Origin: Camelus dromedarius
Taxonomy: Eukaryota
NCBI RefSeq assembly: GCF_036321535.1
Contig: NC_087437.1
Location: 11,720,001-11,784,000, forward strand
DNA: 64,000 nucleotides
Direction of reading: 5' to 3'
Shown here: piece after piece, positions 12,921 through 26,539 of the stretch
How positions within the stretch are numbered: position 1 is the stretch's first letter
Layout: each line of letters starts with the position of its first letter
Translations under genes and position numbers: made by a program
Notes under the pieces: generated by a model
What the model saw: the letters and a program-made list of their open reading frames with translations, nothing else
The model's database searches: none
Told to the model about the DNA's origin: nothing

Positions 12921-14499
12921 TATAATTACAGGTTAAAAACAAAAACAATCAGAAACTGACTTCAGCTTCTATTCAGAATCTAACATGCCACTGACTCACC
13001 CAACTGCATCAAAAATACTATGGTGAAAAACACGTTCAGGATGATCGATTTTAAGCACTGAAATGACTGACATCATAAATAAGATGTGTCTGCTCTTGAG
13101 GTTTTTATGAAGATAAGCAAGTGAAAAAATTTTTAAAGCGTTGAAACAAAATGAAGGTTGTGTAACCAGAAAAATGAAATGATGCAGAGTAACCAAAACT
13201 CAGTATGCTGGGTGAATGCAGGCTGCTTTATAGCTGGTTACCCAGGGGAAACTTGGAGTCATGCTACCATTTCAGCTTTGAAACCTTCTGGATTTGCAGA
13301 GAGTTAGGGAGATTACTAAGATCTGACCTTTGTGGCAGAGTCAACCGTCCCTCTAAAATCCAACCCTCCCATTGATACAGCCTCCACCAAGCTCCTCCGT
13401 GTCTTGGGGAATTTCCACTGGAACCACACGATTAGTGGTAGATGAAGTCCTTTGGGAAATGTCCACCTAGGAGGATCTGAAGTGTGATTCTTCGCTCCAG
13501 CGTGTCCTCTGGGGTCCTCTCAAGTGTGGTTTAGGGTTATGTGAGCCATCTCCTCTGGCTTATCTCCCCTCTCCCTGTCTCAGCAGCAGAGCTGCCTGGG
13601 CGGACAGTTTGGTCACACAGGCTTAGGGCTGCCGCAAGAAGCAGCCCCTTCTAGAGTCTACATAAAACTCCGGGCGGTCACTGGACTGGCCAACCTTGCT
13701 CCCTTCAGCGCCCCGCATACCCCTACTGGAAATGAGTCAGATGACAGCAGTCGGACAGCCCATCCACAGTCAGGAGGAGGCCAGTGGGAAAGGCTGGAAG
13801 TCAGGAATGGTATCTCCCTTCCAAACCCAGATTAAAACCAGAAACCAGAGAAACTCACAGATAATTTTCAGTTCCCCAACTCCTTCAACCTAAAAGCAAG
13901 TAAAAACAACTAAAATAAATTAAGGAAGAAAGAAAAGAAGGAAGGAGCTAAAATAATATTTCCTGGGCTAAAGTGACAAAGCTAATATGGAAGAAACAAT
14001 GTTTGAGAATGACGACGAAGGCAGCCCTTCCAGGAAGCAGCAATGCCTCTCTACTAGGAAACTACCCAGAGCATGCCCTTAGCTACTTTTTTAATAAAAC
14101 TTGTTATTAAATAACAATTTAACTTGTTATTAAAGATTACTATTGTCAGCATATTTTTTTAAATGGTGGTAGTGAAGGAGCTATGTTCGTCAAACAACAA
14201 AATAATGTGGCTTTCTTTTTCCCCCACGGCAATAGTTAATAAAATATTACATTATGTTTGTATTATTTTATAATATTTTATACCACATTAAAATTATCTA
14301 GTTGGCTACAGAATTTTTCCAAGGAGAAAACCAGGGGGACAAATTAACCACAGAAAGTATATTTGTAACATAGAAAAAAGAAGAAAAAAATATATTAAGT
14401 TGAACACTTACTCTCTACAGAAGGCATCATTGATCCTTTCTGTGCGTATAGAATATCCTCTCTGGCTATTTCAACCTTTAACTCACTTACAATCCAGCT

Positions 14500-14870
14500 A
14501 TATCTTGGTGCCCCATCCATGTGGTCTCAGCTCCCACATTTCTGGGCACTCCAGTGACAGTGTTCCTAAGATTCTTTCCCTCTGCCATGAGAATCTGCCC
14601 AATCAGTGAGCAAGGCCGACTAGAAATGCAGGTTGGTAACACTTTCTGGGAGCCACCCTCAGCTGATGACTGAGGCAAGTTGGTGGGAACACAACCCCAT
14701 GGCTGCCTCCTCAGTTAGGACGGTGCTGATACTACACAATTAGTCAGAGTTCCCCAAAGGACTGGTCACCTGTCCTCTGTAGTGGTGACCTGTGGTCACC
14801 TGCTGAATCAACTCTTCTGCCACCTCCTTGCCTTAGGGCATGTTTTGTGGGGAACTCATCCTAAGATGTC
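14500..14870 (+). mobile_element. ERVL LTR fragment (LTR16-like)
   Basis: agccaccctcagctgatgactgaggcaagttggtggg...cagagttccccaaagg...agtggtgacctg. Confidence 0.5.
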
Positions 14871-15749
14871 CATAAAAAGACCCGATATCTCCCATTCTAA
14901 CACCTTTCTCCCTACCACTCCCACCTCCAATCGTCTTAGGGAGCCTCAGGTGGAAACGGAGCACTTCACTGCCTTCTCTCTTCTGACTTGTACTTGCCAC
15001 AGCCTCACCTGCAACCCCGCGCCCTCCTCCCTCTCTCCCTCATCCTGACCTGACTCCTGTCCTCCACCAGTAAGCCACCACTCCTCCTGGAAATGATAAA
15101 CATTGCTAAATTTTATTCTTTAAAAAAAAAAAAATGAAGCTGCACTGATTAAATAGCAGACAGAAAAGCCAGGTTGTACGCAACAAGTCAAGAGGCACCT
15201 TTCTCAATTCACTGAGACACGCATTTCTGAGGAACATCCGGAAATCCAGACATTTCCTTTGATTGTTGCAGCTATGATAAAAGTCAGCAGAGCGAGTCTC
15301 TGATTCTGCACCCACCGCCCACTCTTCCCCACGCCAAGATAATACTCTGTTTAAAATACTTTGCTTTAACGCTTATGATAGATTGCTTCTGTTGCTGCTT
15401 TCTATTTATGCCTCCAGTCCAGCAGTTCCTGGAACTCTTGATGTGTAACGCTTAAACCAACTGCTGTAATTCTCAGCAAAACTGGCAGCTCTCTGTGGGT
15501 TCTCTAACTGGGAAAGTCTTTAAGACAAAGAACTGGGTAAAAAAAAAAAAAAAAAAGGTGTATTAAGGAATGTATTATTCATTCCTAAGCTGGTACAATT
15601 TGATGTAAATCAGTAAGAGCGGTCTTCCCCCTGATCTGTCCTATATGTTGTTTGTTTTCCAAGGTGATCATTTTTTAAACTTTTTGTTCAGTGGGGACCA
15701 TGGCTTTGCAATGAGCTGCGTTTACTCTCCTTGTCACCCAGTCATTTCT

Positions 15750-15885
15750 TTTCTTTTTTCCTTTTTTCTTTTTTTTGGCAGGGGGAGGTAATTGGGTTTA
15801 TTTATTTATTTTTAATGGAGTTACGAGGGATTAAACCCACGCGCTTGTGCATGCTAGGTATGCACTCTACCCTCCCTCCTTCCCC
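15750..15885 (-). mobile_element. Camelid tRNA-derived SINE
   Basis: gggggaggtaattgggtttatttatt...gtgcatgctaggtatgcactctacc; TSD agtcatttct at 15740-15749 and 15887-15896. Confidence 0.85.
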
Positions 15886-15949
15886 TAGTCATTTCTGTTC
15901 CCAACACATGTCATTTTGGACAGACCAGTGGCTTTGCAGAATTTTCCAA

Positions 15950-16087
15950 AGCAAAGTCCTAGAATATCTGCATTAGCACCACGTGGGGTGCTGGTTACAA
16001 AACAGATTCATCCGGCCACTGTCGTCTGACTCAATGCAACTTTGGGGAGAGTCCTACTGATTCCTATGTACAGAAGTTTGAGAACAA
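15950..16087. mobile_element. Degenerate MER5-like hAT MITE
   Basis: tgcattagcaccacgtggggtgctggttacaaaacagattc...aagtttgagaac. Confidence 0.45.
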
Positions 16088-17889
16088 CAGGTTTGCCTAT
16101 TCAGATTTGACCAAAGGGTTCAGATTACAAAGGCTGAACATAAGTTTTCTTTGTCTCTCCCAGGGCTGAATCCATGGTGCTGACCACGTCAGTTGGCTCT
16201 AGCTAACTAAGCTAATGAGCTTTTACATCAGCACTTATTCTGAGGAGTGACAAAGACTTGTGCTCATCTCTTGTGCTGGAAAGTGAAAAAAACAAAACAA
16301 AACAATGAAAAAGATTGTTTCCAAAGAGTAAAATGTACCAAGGTTTTCTAATGGAAAAAGTATGACACGTGTAAGCATAACACTTTAGGCAGCAGGAACA
16401 AGGATCCTATTTTCTCAATTTCAATAAACTGTTCCCTTGGGAGCAGGTCTTGGAGGAAAGATGTTCTAGTTTCTTGACTTAGATGATAGCGAAAGATCAA
16501 GGGGATTTGTTTGCATTTGTATTGCGAAAGAAACATTTTTTTTCTTTTCCTAACATCTATGTGTTTGGTGATAGCTGCAGCTCACGTCTCTTGTGGTCTT
16601 GTGTGAATGCTCTTGGGTTTTCCATCTGTCAAGGCGCTATTAAGTAAATTCAGTCTCTTTAGAAATAATCATTGTTTCCTGGCCCTGGATTTGGAAGGAT
16701 TTCCAAAACAGATGACAGAAGTTTGGAACAGAATCATACTTGGCATTGTCATGACAGGAGTCATTATGGGCATATAGAATATAGCTCAGCTCAGGACGGA
16801 GGGATTTTGCTTTGGAATCCAGTAGTGAACGTGTCTGGGGATGTCAACAGACCATCGTGAGAAAACATACAGGACTCTGGTGAGTAAACGAAGACCTTCC
16901 TCCTGGAGTACAGATCTGGTGGTAGGATCGGTTGATCTGTGTAAGAACAGAACAATAGTCATGTCTTTTACAAACTCTCAGCTTTCACAACAATGTACAA
17001 AGTACGTCTCTTTTGATGAAGACATTCACATCTGCTGCTGATGGGAGGGAACAGCCAGTGGCATTTTCCCGTAAGTGTTTACATTGTTCCTTGGGCATTT
17101 CAGGGCATCCTCACATCCATATAAAGACATCACAAATGATACCCTTCGTGCCTCTGTATTACTTTATGTCTTTATGTCAGCCCTGGTTCCACATGAGAGA
17201 TGTTTACTATGGGAGTTCATTACCAGAAATGCAGTTGATGAAAGTCACATAGACTCTTGCCCTCTGAGTGGTTTTATTAACCCCACTGTCGTTCCAACCT
17301 AGTAAGTTATACACTCTCAATCTCTGCATACCTGGCCAAGAATTTTCCAAGACAGAAGATCTGGAAATGCTTCTTTGTCACTTAAATACCTGGCAACAAG
17401 AATGAATAATATTTTGCACAGCTTTTCTGTTTATGAGTCATTGACCCAAGAAGCATAAAGCAGTTTTTCAGTTTTAAACTATTTAAACCTTTTGTAACTC
17501 TCTTCCTAATTAATGTCCATTATGTTTCAAAATCCATTTCTGTGGGTTTATTAATAGCAAAAGTATTAAATGAAACCATAGAAACCTCTGGAGGAGAGGT
17601 AGTACTATTTCTTTTTAAAAAACAAGTAATTCACTTAACTTCTTTTCTAGTCAAATCGAAAGCCTTCAGTTTAACAGTTGGAAATTATTGTTTAGTAATT
17701 TATTTTCTCCAGCTTTTTGTCTCTTTGAACTTCCACCTCTACAATAGTCTCCCAGCTCCTTGAAAAACATTATTGCAACCAGCCAATCAAAGGAGCTTTT
17801 AAACAAGCTTACAGATGATATACATATTTTAAATTTCCTGCCTCACTCAATATTTGGATTTCTGAAATATTGCATTAAAATATCATCTT

Positions 17890-19070
17890 TGACATTCTCT
17901 GACATAAATCTTATTAGTGTTCTCCTAGGGCAGTCTACCCAGGTGATAGAAATAAAAGCAAAAACAAACAAATGGGACATAATTAAACATATAAGCTTTT
18001 GCACAGCAAAGAAAACTATAAACAAAATGAAAAGACAACCTGCGAGAAAATATTTGCAAGAGATGTGACTGACTAGGGCTTAATTTCCAGAATATACAAA
18101 CAGCTCATGCAACTCAATAACAACAACAACAACAACAAAACAACCAAATCCAAAAACGGGCAGAAGACCTAAACAAACATTTCTCCAATGAAGACAAAAG
18201 GCCAATAGACACATGAAAAAATGCTCAATATCATTAATTATCAGAGAAATGCAAATCAAAAGTACAATGAGGTATCACCTCACACCAGTCAGTGTGGCCA
18301 TCAGTAAAAAATCCACAAATGATAAATGTTGGAGAATGGGGAATCCTTCTAAACTGTTGGTGGGAAAGCAGTTTGGTGCAGCATTTATGGAAAACAGTAT
18401 GGAGATTCCTTAAAAAGCTAAAAATAAACTTACCATATGATCCAGCAATCCCACTCCTGGCATTCCCAGAGGGAACTCTAATTTGAAAAGATGCATACAC
18501 CCAATGTTCATAGCAGCACTATTTCCAATAGCCAAGACATGGAAACCACCTAAATGCCCAATGACAGATGATGGGATAAAGAAGTTGTGGTATATGTATA
18601 CAATGGAATACTACTCAGCCATAAAAAAGAATGAGACAATGCCATTTTCAGCAATATGGATGGACCTGGAGATTGTCATTCTAAGTGAAGTAAGCCAGAA
18701 AGAGAAAGAAAAATATTATATGATATCACTCATATGTGGAATCTTAAAAAAAAAAAACACAAAGGAACTTATTTACAAAATAGAAACAGACTCACAGATA
18801 TGGAAAACAAATTTATGGTTACCAAGGAGGGCAGGAGGGATGGAGAGATAAATTGAGAGTTTGGGATTTGCAGATATTAGCTACTATATCTAAAATAGAT
18901 AAACAACAAGGTTCTACTGTACAGCACAGGGAACTATATTCAATACCTTGTAGTAGCCTATAATGAAAAAGAATATGCAAAGGAATATATATGTATATAT
19001 AACTGAATCACTATGCTGTACACCAGAAATTAACACAATGTTGTAAACTGACTATACTTCAATTAAAAAT
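17890..19070 (+). mobile_element. 5'-truncated L1 (ORF2 C-terminus and 3' UTR)
   Basis: Frameshifted ORF2p pieces [29 protein letters not shown]...[17 protein letters not shown]...TMEYYSAIKK; terminal ctatacttcaattaaaaa. Confidence 0.93.
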
Positions 19071-19179
19071 CACCAGTTTTAGAAAGCAGTTTCCATTTCT
19101 CTATCGTGGATCTCATAATTTGGCTGATTTATTTTTTGTTTGGATTTTTAAAACAATGACTTTTAGTTTTTCTGCCTCA

Positions 19180-19342
19180 GTTTTATCCTAAACCCAACCC
19201 CATGGACCCATAGCATCAGCCTCACTGGGAGCTTGTTAGACATGCAGAAGCTCAGGCCCCACCGCAGACCTGCTGAATGAGAATCCATATTTTAACAAGA
19301 TTTCCTAGGTGACTCTCGTCTATATTAAAGTTGAGAAGCTCT
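19180..19342. mobile_element. MER5A-like hAT MITE
   Basis: agcatcagcctcactgggagcttgttagacatgcagaagctcaggccccaccgcagacctgctgaatgagaatc. Confidence 0.8.
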
Positions 19343-19609
19343 CTTCTGGCCTCATCCTTCCACTTTATTGGTAGCATTTCCAAAACAAAGGAACATAGAG
19401 CTCGGTTTTATAAATTATTGTATCAAAAAAAGATACCCTCATACCTGGAATGTAGTGACTCCTCAAGGTGGGAGCACCTGGATGGTTGCATTTACTGCAG
19501 AGCCTCGTGCTGGCAAGCTCTGCCTGTGCTCAGGGCATTCAGTGCTATGATGCTGACGTGTGACACCCCCGTCCCGCCCACCACCTGTACCGGAAGTGGA
19601 GAAAATTGA

Positions 19610-20225
19610 GTGTGTGGTGAGGAAGCTTACAATCGGAGAAGAGACTCACAGGTAAACGGATAAATATGACACACTCTTGCCAGTACAGATGTAGAGGCAG
19701 GACAGAGGAGTGACTCATCCTGTGGGTGGAAGGTGGGGCAGAGGACAGAACAGGAAGGCTTCTCCAAGAAGATGATTTGATTTTCAGTGTTTCACCCCAC
19801 GGGCGAGTTGGAGGGTGTCCCAGGCAGACAGACATGAAAATAGTGAGGCATATAAACATCTCTAAGGACATTCACATGGTTTGGTTTTGGTACACGTGAG
19901 GATGTGTAAGTGGGGGTTACACGGCAGGTGGCAGGGAACCCATGGAACATTGGAAAATGAGACCAAATCATAGACAGGGATGCCTGTGAGTCCCAGGGAG
20001 CTTGGCTTTGGTCAAGGGGGCCTGATGAATTTTAAACAGAGGGAAAACACAGCCAGCTGGATGTTTTTAAGAGGTCATTCTGGATGTAGTGTAGAGAGTG
20101 GATGGGAGGCAGAGCCAGGGGGACCAGTGTGGAGGTGGCAGCAGTGGCCCAGGTAAGAGACATGATTATCTTCCCTGAATCAGTAGTTGTGGGGATGGAC
20201 AACTTAGAGTAGAATCCAAAAATCA
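19610..20225 (-). mobile_element. L2 fragment
   Basis: Purine-rich antisense L2 text: gttttaagaggtcattctggatgtagtgtagagagtggatgggagg...gtggcccaggtaagaga. Confidence 0.65.
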
Positions 20226-20476
20226 AAGGAGGAAATCCTTTTCTCTCTGCCACCAGCCTCACCTTCAAATCTTTTGGAGACAACAGTTCTTTGCTGAGTC
20301 TTTACTTAGTTGGAGCAAATGTCTCCAGGTCTTTGAACTTCTGTTCACATGCTGTGGTTTTGCATCCCTGTACAGGTACTTTGGTGTATGTATAGCTCAC
20401 ATGCATTGCAGTGCCAAGAACTGAAGAAAAGGTAAAATTGAGTAGGGAGAGAGAACTGAAAATGACTGGGTCCCTA

Positions 20477-20662
20477 AACATGCCAGGTAAACCACAGACA
20501 TCGGTTCATTTAGTTCCCACAACCCTATTAAGTAAGTATTATTACCTCTGTTTTAGAGACGAAAAGTCCTGGGGATTAAAGGTCTCCTTTGTGATTATCA
20601 GTGACAGAGTGGAATATCTGAATTTGCACCCAAAGATCTGTGATTCACATCTTAAACTACCT
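20477..20662 (-). mobile_element. MIR SINE
   Basis: tcatttagttcccacaaccctattaagtaagtattattacctctgttttagagacgaaaa. Confidence 0.65.
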
Positions 20663-21852
20663 GCATGGCAAGGATGCCTAGAGTCACTTAAATGAGCATG
20701 TCTCCCAGGGTTTGCTGAATGTGCAGGCGGCAGTCAGCTGCCTTCCCTGACGACCTGCTCTGCCAATTGAACAAGTTCATTAGAAGCTGTAGACAAGCAG
20801 AGAAGACCCCTGAGTGACCAGGGAGATGACACAAATCCTCTATTTGTTAAAAAAAAAAAAAAAAAAAGGGAGGGGGGCCTCCCCTGCAGAGCTGGTTTAC
20901 TTTGTACACAATTCTCACAAGCTGGGCATATGGTTCTGCAGCCCCCAGACAATTAGAAACAGCAAGACAAGAATGAGTGGGAAGCAAGCGGGATCTAATA
21001 GCTGACAAGCTGACATCAAGGGAGGAGATGGGAAAATGGAAAAAGCCAGAGACATAAAAAGCCAAGAAGCCTCTGTAATAGTTTTGGTCACTGGCACAGA
21101 GGCAGACCATCCCACAGACATTATTTACTAATTCCTGAAGGCATGAGTGTATTACGCACAAATTATTGACCCTAGGCGTCAACGTCAACTTTATCTCCCA
21201 CCCGAAGGAGGAAGTACCAGTATAACATTCCAGGCCAGACGGTGTTTTTTTGCCTCTGGATGAGCCATTTCAGGAGTATGACAATGAGCATCTCTTCTCT
21301 GGTTAGAAATTGTTAGATTATGGAAGATTCTTGTAGTCTGCTAAGCAGAGTCTCACTGAGTGATGTCTACCACTTGGCCAGTGTTCAGTGCTTTTTTTAC
21401 ATGATAATCATCTAAATATTGGGTCACCAGTGTGGAATGGTAACCAGAAACTCCCAGACTCAGTCTCCCCAGAACTTCCCCTTTGTCTCCCATCTCCTTT
21501 CAAGCCTGCTCCAGAGATGATCTTCCATCCCCCCATGACATTTTCAGTCAATCTCAGAACATATGATACTCTCTAGTCAGGTTAAGCTGTAAATCCAGGC
21601 ACAATCTTGTTATTTTATTGAAGAGTCCAATCAAATCTGTTCATTGATCCTTCACTTTGCATTGGAAGTAAGTCTTCCTGCCCTCCACCCTCCTGCCTCC
21701 TGCCTGTGAGTGCCAGGTTTTTCCACTCTACTGTGCATCTCCCCTGTTCTGTAACTGCTGTTTCCAAACATGGAGCTTGAAGCAGGGAGAGGAAGAAAAG
21801 TTAAGGGGATCAGGAAAGTTCTTACTCAACTGATACCACCCTGCACAGGCTC

Positions 21853-22016
21853 CTAAGTCTCCAAGTTGAAGGTGCACAGGAATCCCATGGGAATGTCTTT
21901 AAAATGAAGATTCTGAGTCAGTAAGCCTAGGGTGACAACTGAGATTCTGCATTTCTGATAAGCTTCTAGGTGATACAGATGGTGCAAGACCATGGACCAT
22001 ACTTTGAGTATCAAGG
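21853..22016. mobile_element. MER5A-like hAT MITE
   Basis: aaaatgaagattctgagtcagtaagcctaggg...gagattctgcatttctgataagcttctaggtgat...ggaccatactttgagta. Confidence 0.8.
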
Positions 22017-22224
22017 ATGTAGAGATTCCTCTGCTGTTCCCTTAATGCAGCTAATTAATGCAATTCCTTTAATTCAGGTAACCCCCTTTCAACTATAGCC
22101 CCTGGTGGTACATGCCATTGACTTTTACTACTGGGGACCCTCATCCTGACAGTCCACCCCTTTGGGCAGAATATCTTTTACTATATTGTCATTTTCAGTT
22201 GTTTATACCTTTGACCTTCATTTT

Positions 22225-22799
22225 CTTTTCCTTCTCCCCTCCCCTTTTTTGATACATATTTTTTTCTAATTGAAGTACAATCAGTTACAATGTGTCAATT
22301 TGTGGTGTACAGCACAATGTCCCAGTCATGCATATACATATATATAGTTCATATATTCATTTTCATATTCTATTTCATTAAAAGTTACCACAAGATATCG
22401 AACATAGTTCCCTGTGCTATACAGAAAAAAACTTTCTTGTTTTTTAATCTATTTTTTTATATAGTAGCTCACATTTGTAATTCTCAAACTCCCAAATTTA
22501 TCCCTTCCCACCTTCTTTCCCCGGTAACCGTAAGATTGTTTACTATGTCTGTGAGTCTGTTTCTCTTCTGTAGATGAGTTCATAGTGTCCTTTTTTTCTC
22601 TCTCTCTCTCGTTGTTTTTTTTTTTTTATCTTCCACGTATGAGTGATATCACATGGTACTTTTCTTTCTCTTTCTGGCTTACTTCGCTTAGAATGATGAT
22701 CTCTAGGTCCATCTGTGTTGCTACAAATGGCATTATTTTATTCTTTTTATGGCTGAGTAGTATTCCATTGTATAAATATACCACAACTTCTTTATCTAG
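22225..22799 (-). mobile_element. Young 5'-truncated L1 3' end
   Basis: Perfect 17-bp TSD cctttgaccttcatttt at 22208-22224 and 22800-22816; ORF2p end [27 protein letters not shown]. Confidence 0.93.
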
Positions 22800-23344
22800 C
22801 CTTTGACCTTCATTTTGACCTGAACACAGAGGACTGTAACTTCCCAAATGATGAGTCAGGCACCACCTCTCTTTCCTCTAGATGTGGGGATGGCATATAG
22901 GGCTAGCTCTTCCCACAGAGCTGGTGAAGACCACGTAGTAGGCTCACTATTGGAAGGAGGGGGTTTAACCTGACAGTACAGAGAAATCGCTTCACAATTC
23001 CTCTATCCTTATTTAATGATCTAATGCTTTTAAATTCCCAGTCTGGGTAAAGGGCCATGTATCCTGCAGCCAGTTCTAGATACTTCTTTTGAACATTTGC
23101 ATCTCAATGACTATGCTCCCAGCTAACTTTGGTATCTCATAAGCTAGAACATAGCCTTATGTTTCTCTTCTCTGTGACAACCATCTTATGTCCACAACAT
23201 AAAGTTTCTGAAGATGCTTTTTCATTTGTCAATATTCTACCTAAAGTAAGGTACCTAGAATCAGGTACCACATGGAATCCGGCCAGCCCAGAGTTCATTA
23301 AGGTGGTGTGTTTCTGTCCTCTACTCATTTGACTTCATGAACAC

Positions 23345-23650
23345 ACTTGGCAGTTGAATGTCTATGGAAGAGAGAAGGGAGATGGGAGGAGTCAATGATA
23401 AGGGTATAATCTTGAGCTTAACTGTCTGAAAACTTGAGATACCATTAATAGAAAATAAAGAAATTAAGATAAGAAAATAGCAGAGGGGTGTTTGTATTTC
23501 AGACATATTGAGTTTGAGGTGCCAGAAGGACACCTATGTGGAAATGTTCAGCACGTGGTAAGAAATTGGAGACTGGAACATACTATTGTTATGTCTAGAG
23601 ATAGAGATTTGCAGATCATTCTTGTAAAGATAATATCTGAAGTCTAAAAA
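23345..23650 (-). mobile_element. L2 fragment
   Basis: ttcagacatattgagtttgaggtgccagaaggacacctatgtggaaatgttcagca. Confidence 0.7.
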
Positions 23651-25199
23651 AGAGAGCACGGATGCAGGTTGAGCTCAGGGGGGAAGGTTCAAGCCTAAAG
23701 ACAATGAAGGCTCACACAGATTCCAGAAGAAGGCAACATATTCTCTAGAACTGAATTGTTACCTACGTAGCTCCAAGTGTTTCTTTCCCTGGATTGCCGC
23801 ATTGTCTGAAAGAGACATCAGCTTCATTTCTTAGGATTCTCCCCAAAGAGAAGTGGACAGGTTGCCACCTAGAAGGGGGTCACATGTTAGCTGACTGATA
23901 CATTGTAAGGAAGATAACGACCTGATTAGTAACCATTGCCACCCGCTGCCTCCCAGGCCAGAGTCCGATGAGAACAGAACATGGGATTTTTGATGCCTGT
24001 GAGGACTTAGAGGTGAGGCCTGGATCACTTGGGAGAAAAATAGGCCCGGGCAGCCAGGGTTGGGTGGACCAGGGTGCAGGAGAGTGTTTGCAAACATGAC
24101 ACGGAGACTCAAATTCACTGCTTTCTGAAAATAGCACATATTCAAAATGAGCTTATTATTTTGTTGAATAATCCTCACCTAGCCAATGATTTTATAAAAG
24201 TTTATGTATTTCAGTTAACAATCACTTCACATTTACTTTTTCTTCCCTTTCTTAAAATTGGATTATATTATTCTTTATTATATTATACATTTGTTATCTA
24301 TAGTCGAAGGAGTAGAAATGGCTGTTTTACAGTAAAGCATGAAGAAATAATTTAATAATAATAATAATAAAGAATCTTGTTTTAAAGGATATCCACAAAT
24401 TTCTTGTATTTGTCTATTTCAAAAAAGTATTTACTTGAATCTGACATCAAACATTAAACTTCAAAATATAAATACCAATGTTTTGATTATTGTTTTAATT
24501 TCTACAAATAAAGTACATGAAATAATTATAATTGAATAGTAAGTGCATAAGATAATTAGTTTAATAATTTCATAGGAAAATGTGTACTATTAAGTATAAA
24601 TATAAAGTGTGTCTATATATATAAAGGATGTATATATTATATATATATAAAAAGCATGTAACAAGTATAAAATATATACATTTGGTTTAAACTCTTACAA
24701 GCTGTCATATTGATTATATAAGCAGACTAGTGACATGTAAATTATATACACATACATGATCTTTACCTTAGATATAGTAATATGTTCCGAAAATTTTTCA
24801 TTCAGACCTACTACGTCTTTTAAGACGAACACATTCAGTAGCATAATTTCTGGTGGAAACTTTTTTGAGCACTACACAAGCTCCATAAATTGTAATGTAA
24901 GGTAGCTTTGGACATGGACTGAAAGTGCAAAGATGAAAATCAAAATTCTAAGGTTTCTTTAGTAGAATGTGGGGATGTACCAGAGATTACAATGATGTAC
25001 CACAAACTTGGCCTTAAATAGCCAGGTTTTTAATTTCCCAAATACCAGAGTCAGGGTTGAAAACTCACATGTGATAAGGGCTACGTGATTTAGCTTTTAG
25101 CCAACTGGAGTTCTTAGCCAGCCTGGAAAGTTTTAATGGAATAATTAATATTCATAGTGATGACTTTCAGGATAAAAGTCTTAGCTACTATTTCTTTTA

Positions 25200-25375
25200 T
25201 ACCCACTATGTGCCAGAATCCTTAATATAGTTTCTAATGTAATATATTTTCTTATCTAAGTAACAAAGTATTTCTATGAAATAGGTTGAGTTAACCCCAT
25301 GTGACTGATGAAACAAATGATGTTCACGGAAATTAAAAGTAATTTTTCCAAAGTCACATGGTGAGAAATAGGTTT
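25200..25375 (-). mobile_element. MIR SINE
   Basis: cactatgtgccag...gatgaaacaaatga...aagtaatttttccaaagtcacatgg. Confidence 0.55.
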
Positions 25376-25494
25376 CTCTTTGTTCTCCTCTGTCCCAGGA
25401 ACATTGACATTCCAAGTTTTATATGCTCACTTTTGGAAAGCTGATAATCCATAGTTGATATTATCTTTGATAAAACACAGTACTTCATGAGCCC

Positions 25495-26057
25495 TAGTTG
25501 CAAAATAAATGAGTCACAGGTATGAAATGTACAATGTGGGGAACAGAGTCAATAATTATGTAGTATCTTTGATGGCGCATATTGCAAATAGACTTATCGT
25601 ATCATTATGTTGTATAATAGGAACTAACATGAGCGTTGTAGGTCAATGACGCTTCAAAAACAAACAACAAACTCATAAAAAGGGAGCAGATTTGTGGTTA
25701 CCTGAGGCCAGTGGTAGGAGGAGAGGGAATTAGATGGAGAGCAGTCAACAGGTACAAACTTCCAGTCATAAGATAAATTAGTACTAGGTGTGAAATATAC
25801 AACATGATAAATATAATTAACACTGCTGTAGGTTATATATCAACATTATTAAGAGAGTAAATCATAAAAGTGCTCATCATAAAGGGAAGTTTTTTCTATT
25901 TTTTAAATTTTTTATCTATATGAGACGATGGATGTTCACTAGACTTACTGTGATCATCGTTTCATGATGTGTGTTAAGCCAAATCATTATGCTGTACAAC
26001 TTAAACTTACACAGTGTCGCATATCAATTATATTTCAATAAAACCAAAAGAAAAAAT
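25495..26057 (+). mobile_element. L1 3' UTR with doubled terminal module (older laurasiatherian-type L1)
   Basis: gttgtaggtcaat...ttcaaaaacaaac then gatttgtggttacc...caattatatttcaataaaaccaaaagaaaaaa. Confidence 0.8.
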
Positions 26058-26402
26058 ACAGAGGATTTCATTTTCAATAAAACAGTAAGAAAAAAGTAGA
26101 GGATTTCATTTTCCATCCTGTTAGCTAAGAATGTTTATTTGTATTTATGTATACTGGTTACTCCTTCTATGCAAATGTGACACTACCACGGTCAGTAAAG
26201 CACATGCTGCAAATGGTTTTTCCAGTGTTTATGGTAGGGTTGGGTGGAGTTATTCATCCAGTGTCTAGCCATCTCCCCCTCAGAGTCCTCTAGTGACCAG
26301 TAGGCTTCTTGAGATGAAGTCTAGGGCTGACAGCACGGCTGGTGGCCATGGCTACAGCCAAGCTCAACACTTACTTCATTAACTCCATGCTTACGCACGT
26401 GT

Positions 26403-26454
26403 TCTCTCTCTCTCTCTTTCTCTCCCCAACACACACACACACACACACACACAC
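26403..26454. repeat. (TC)n-(CA)n compound microsatellite
   Basis: Read directly. Confidence 0.9.
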
Positions 26455-26539
26455 GAGAAGATTTAGGGTTTATATTTATTGTAGATTTGGGATATGTTTG
26501 GGAAGTGGAATCAATAGAACCAAACATTTGCCATTTGCC

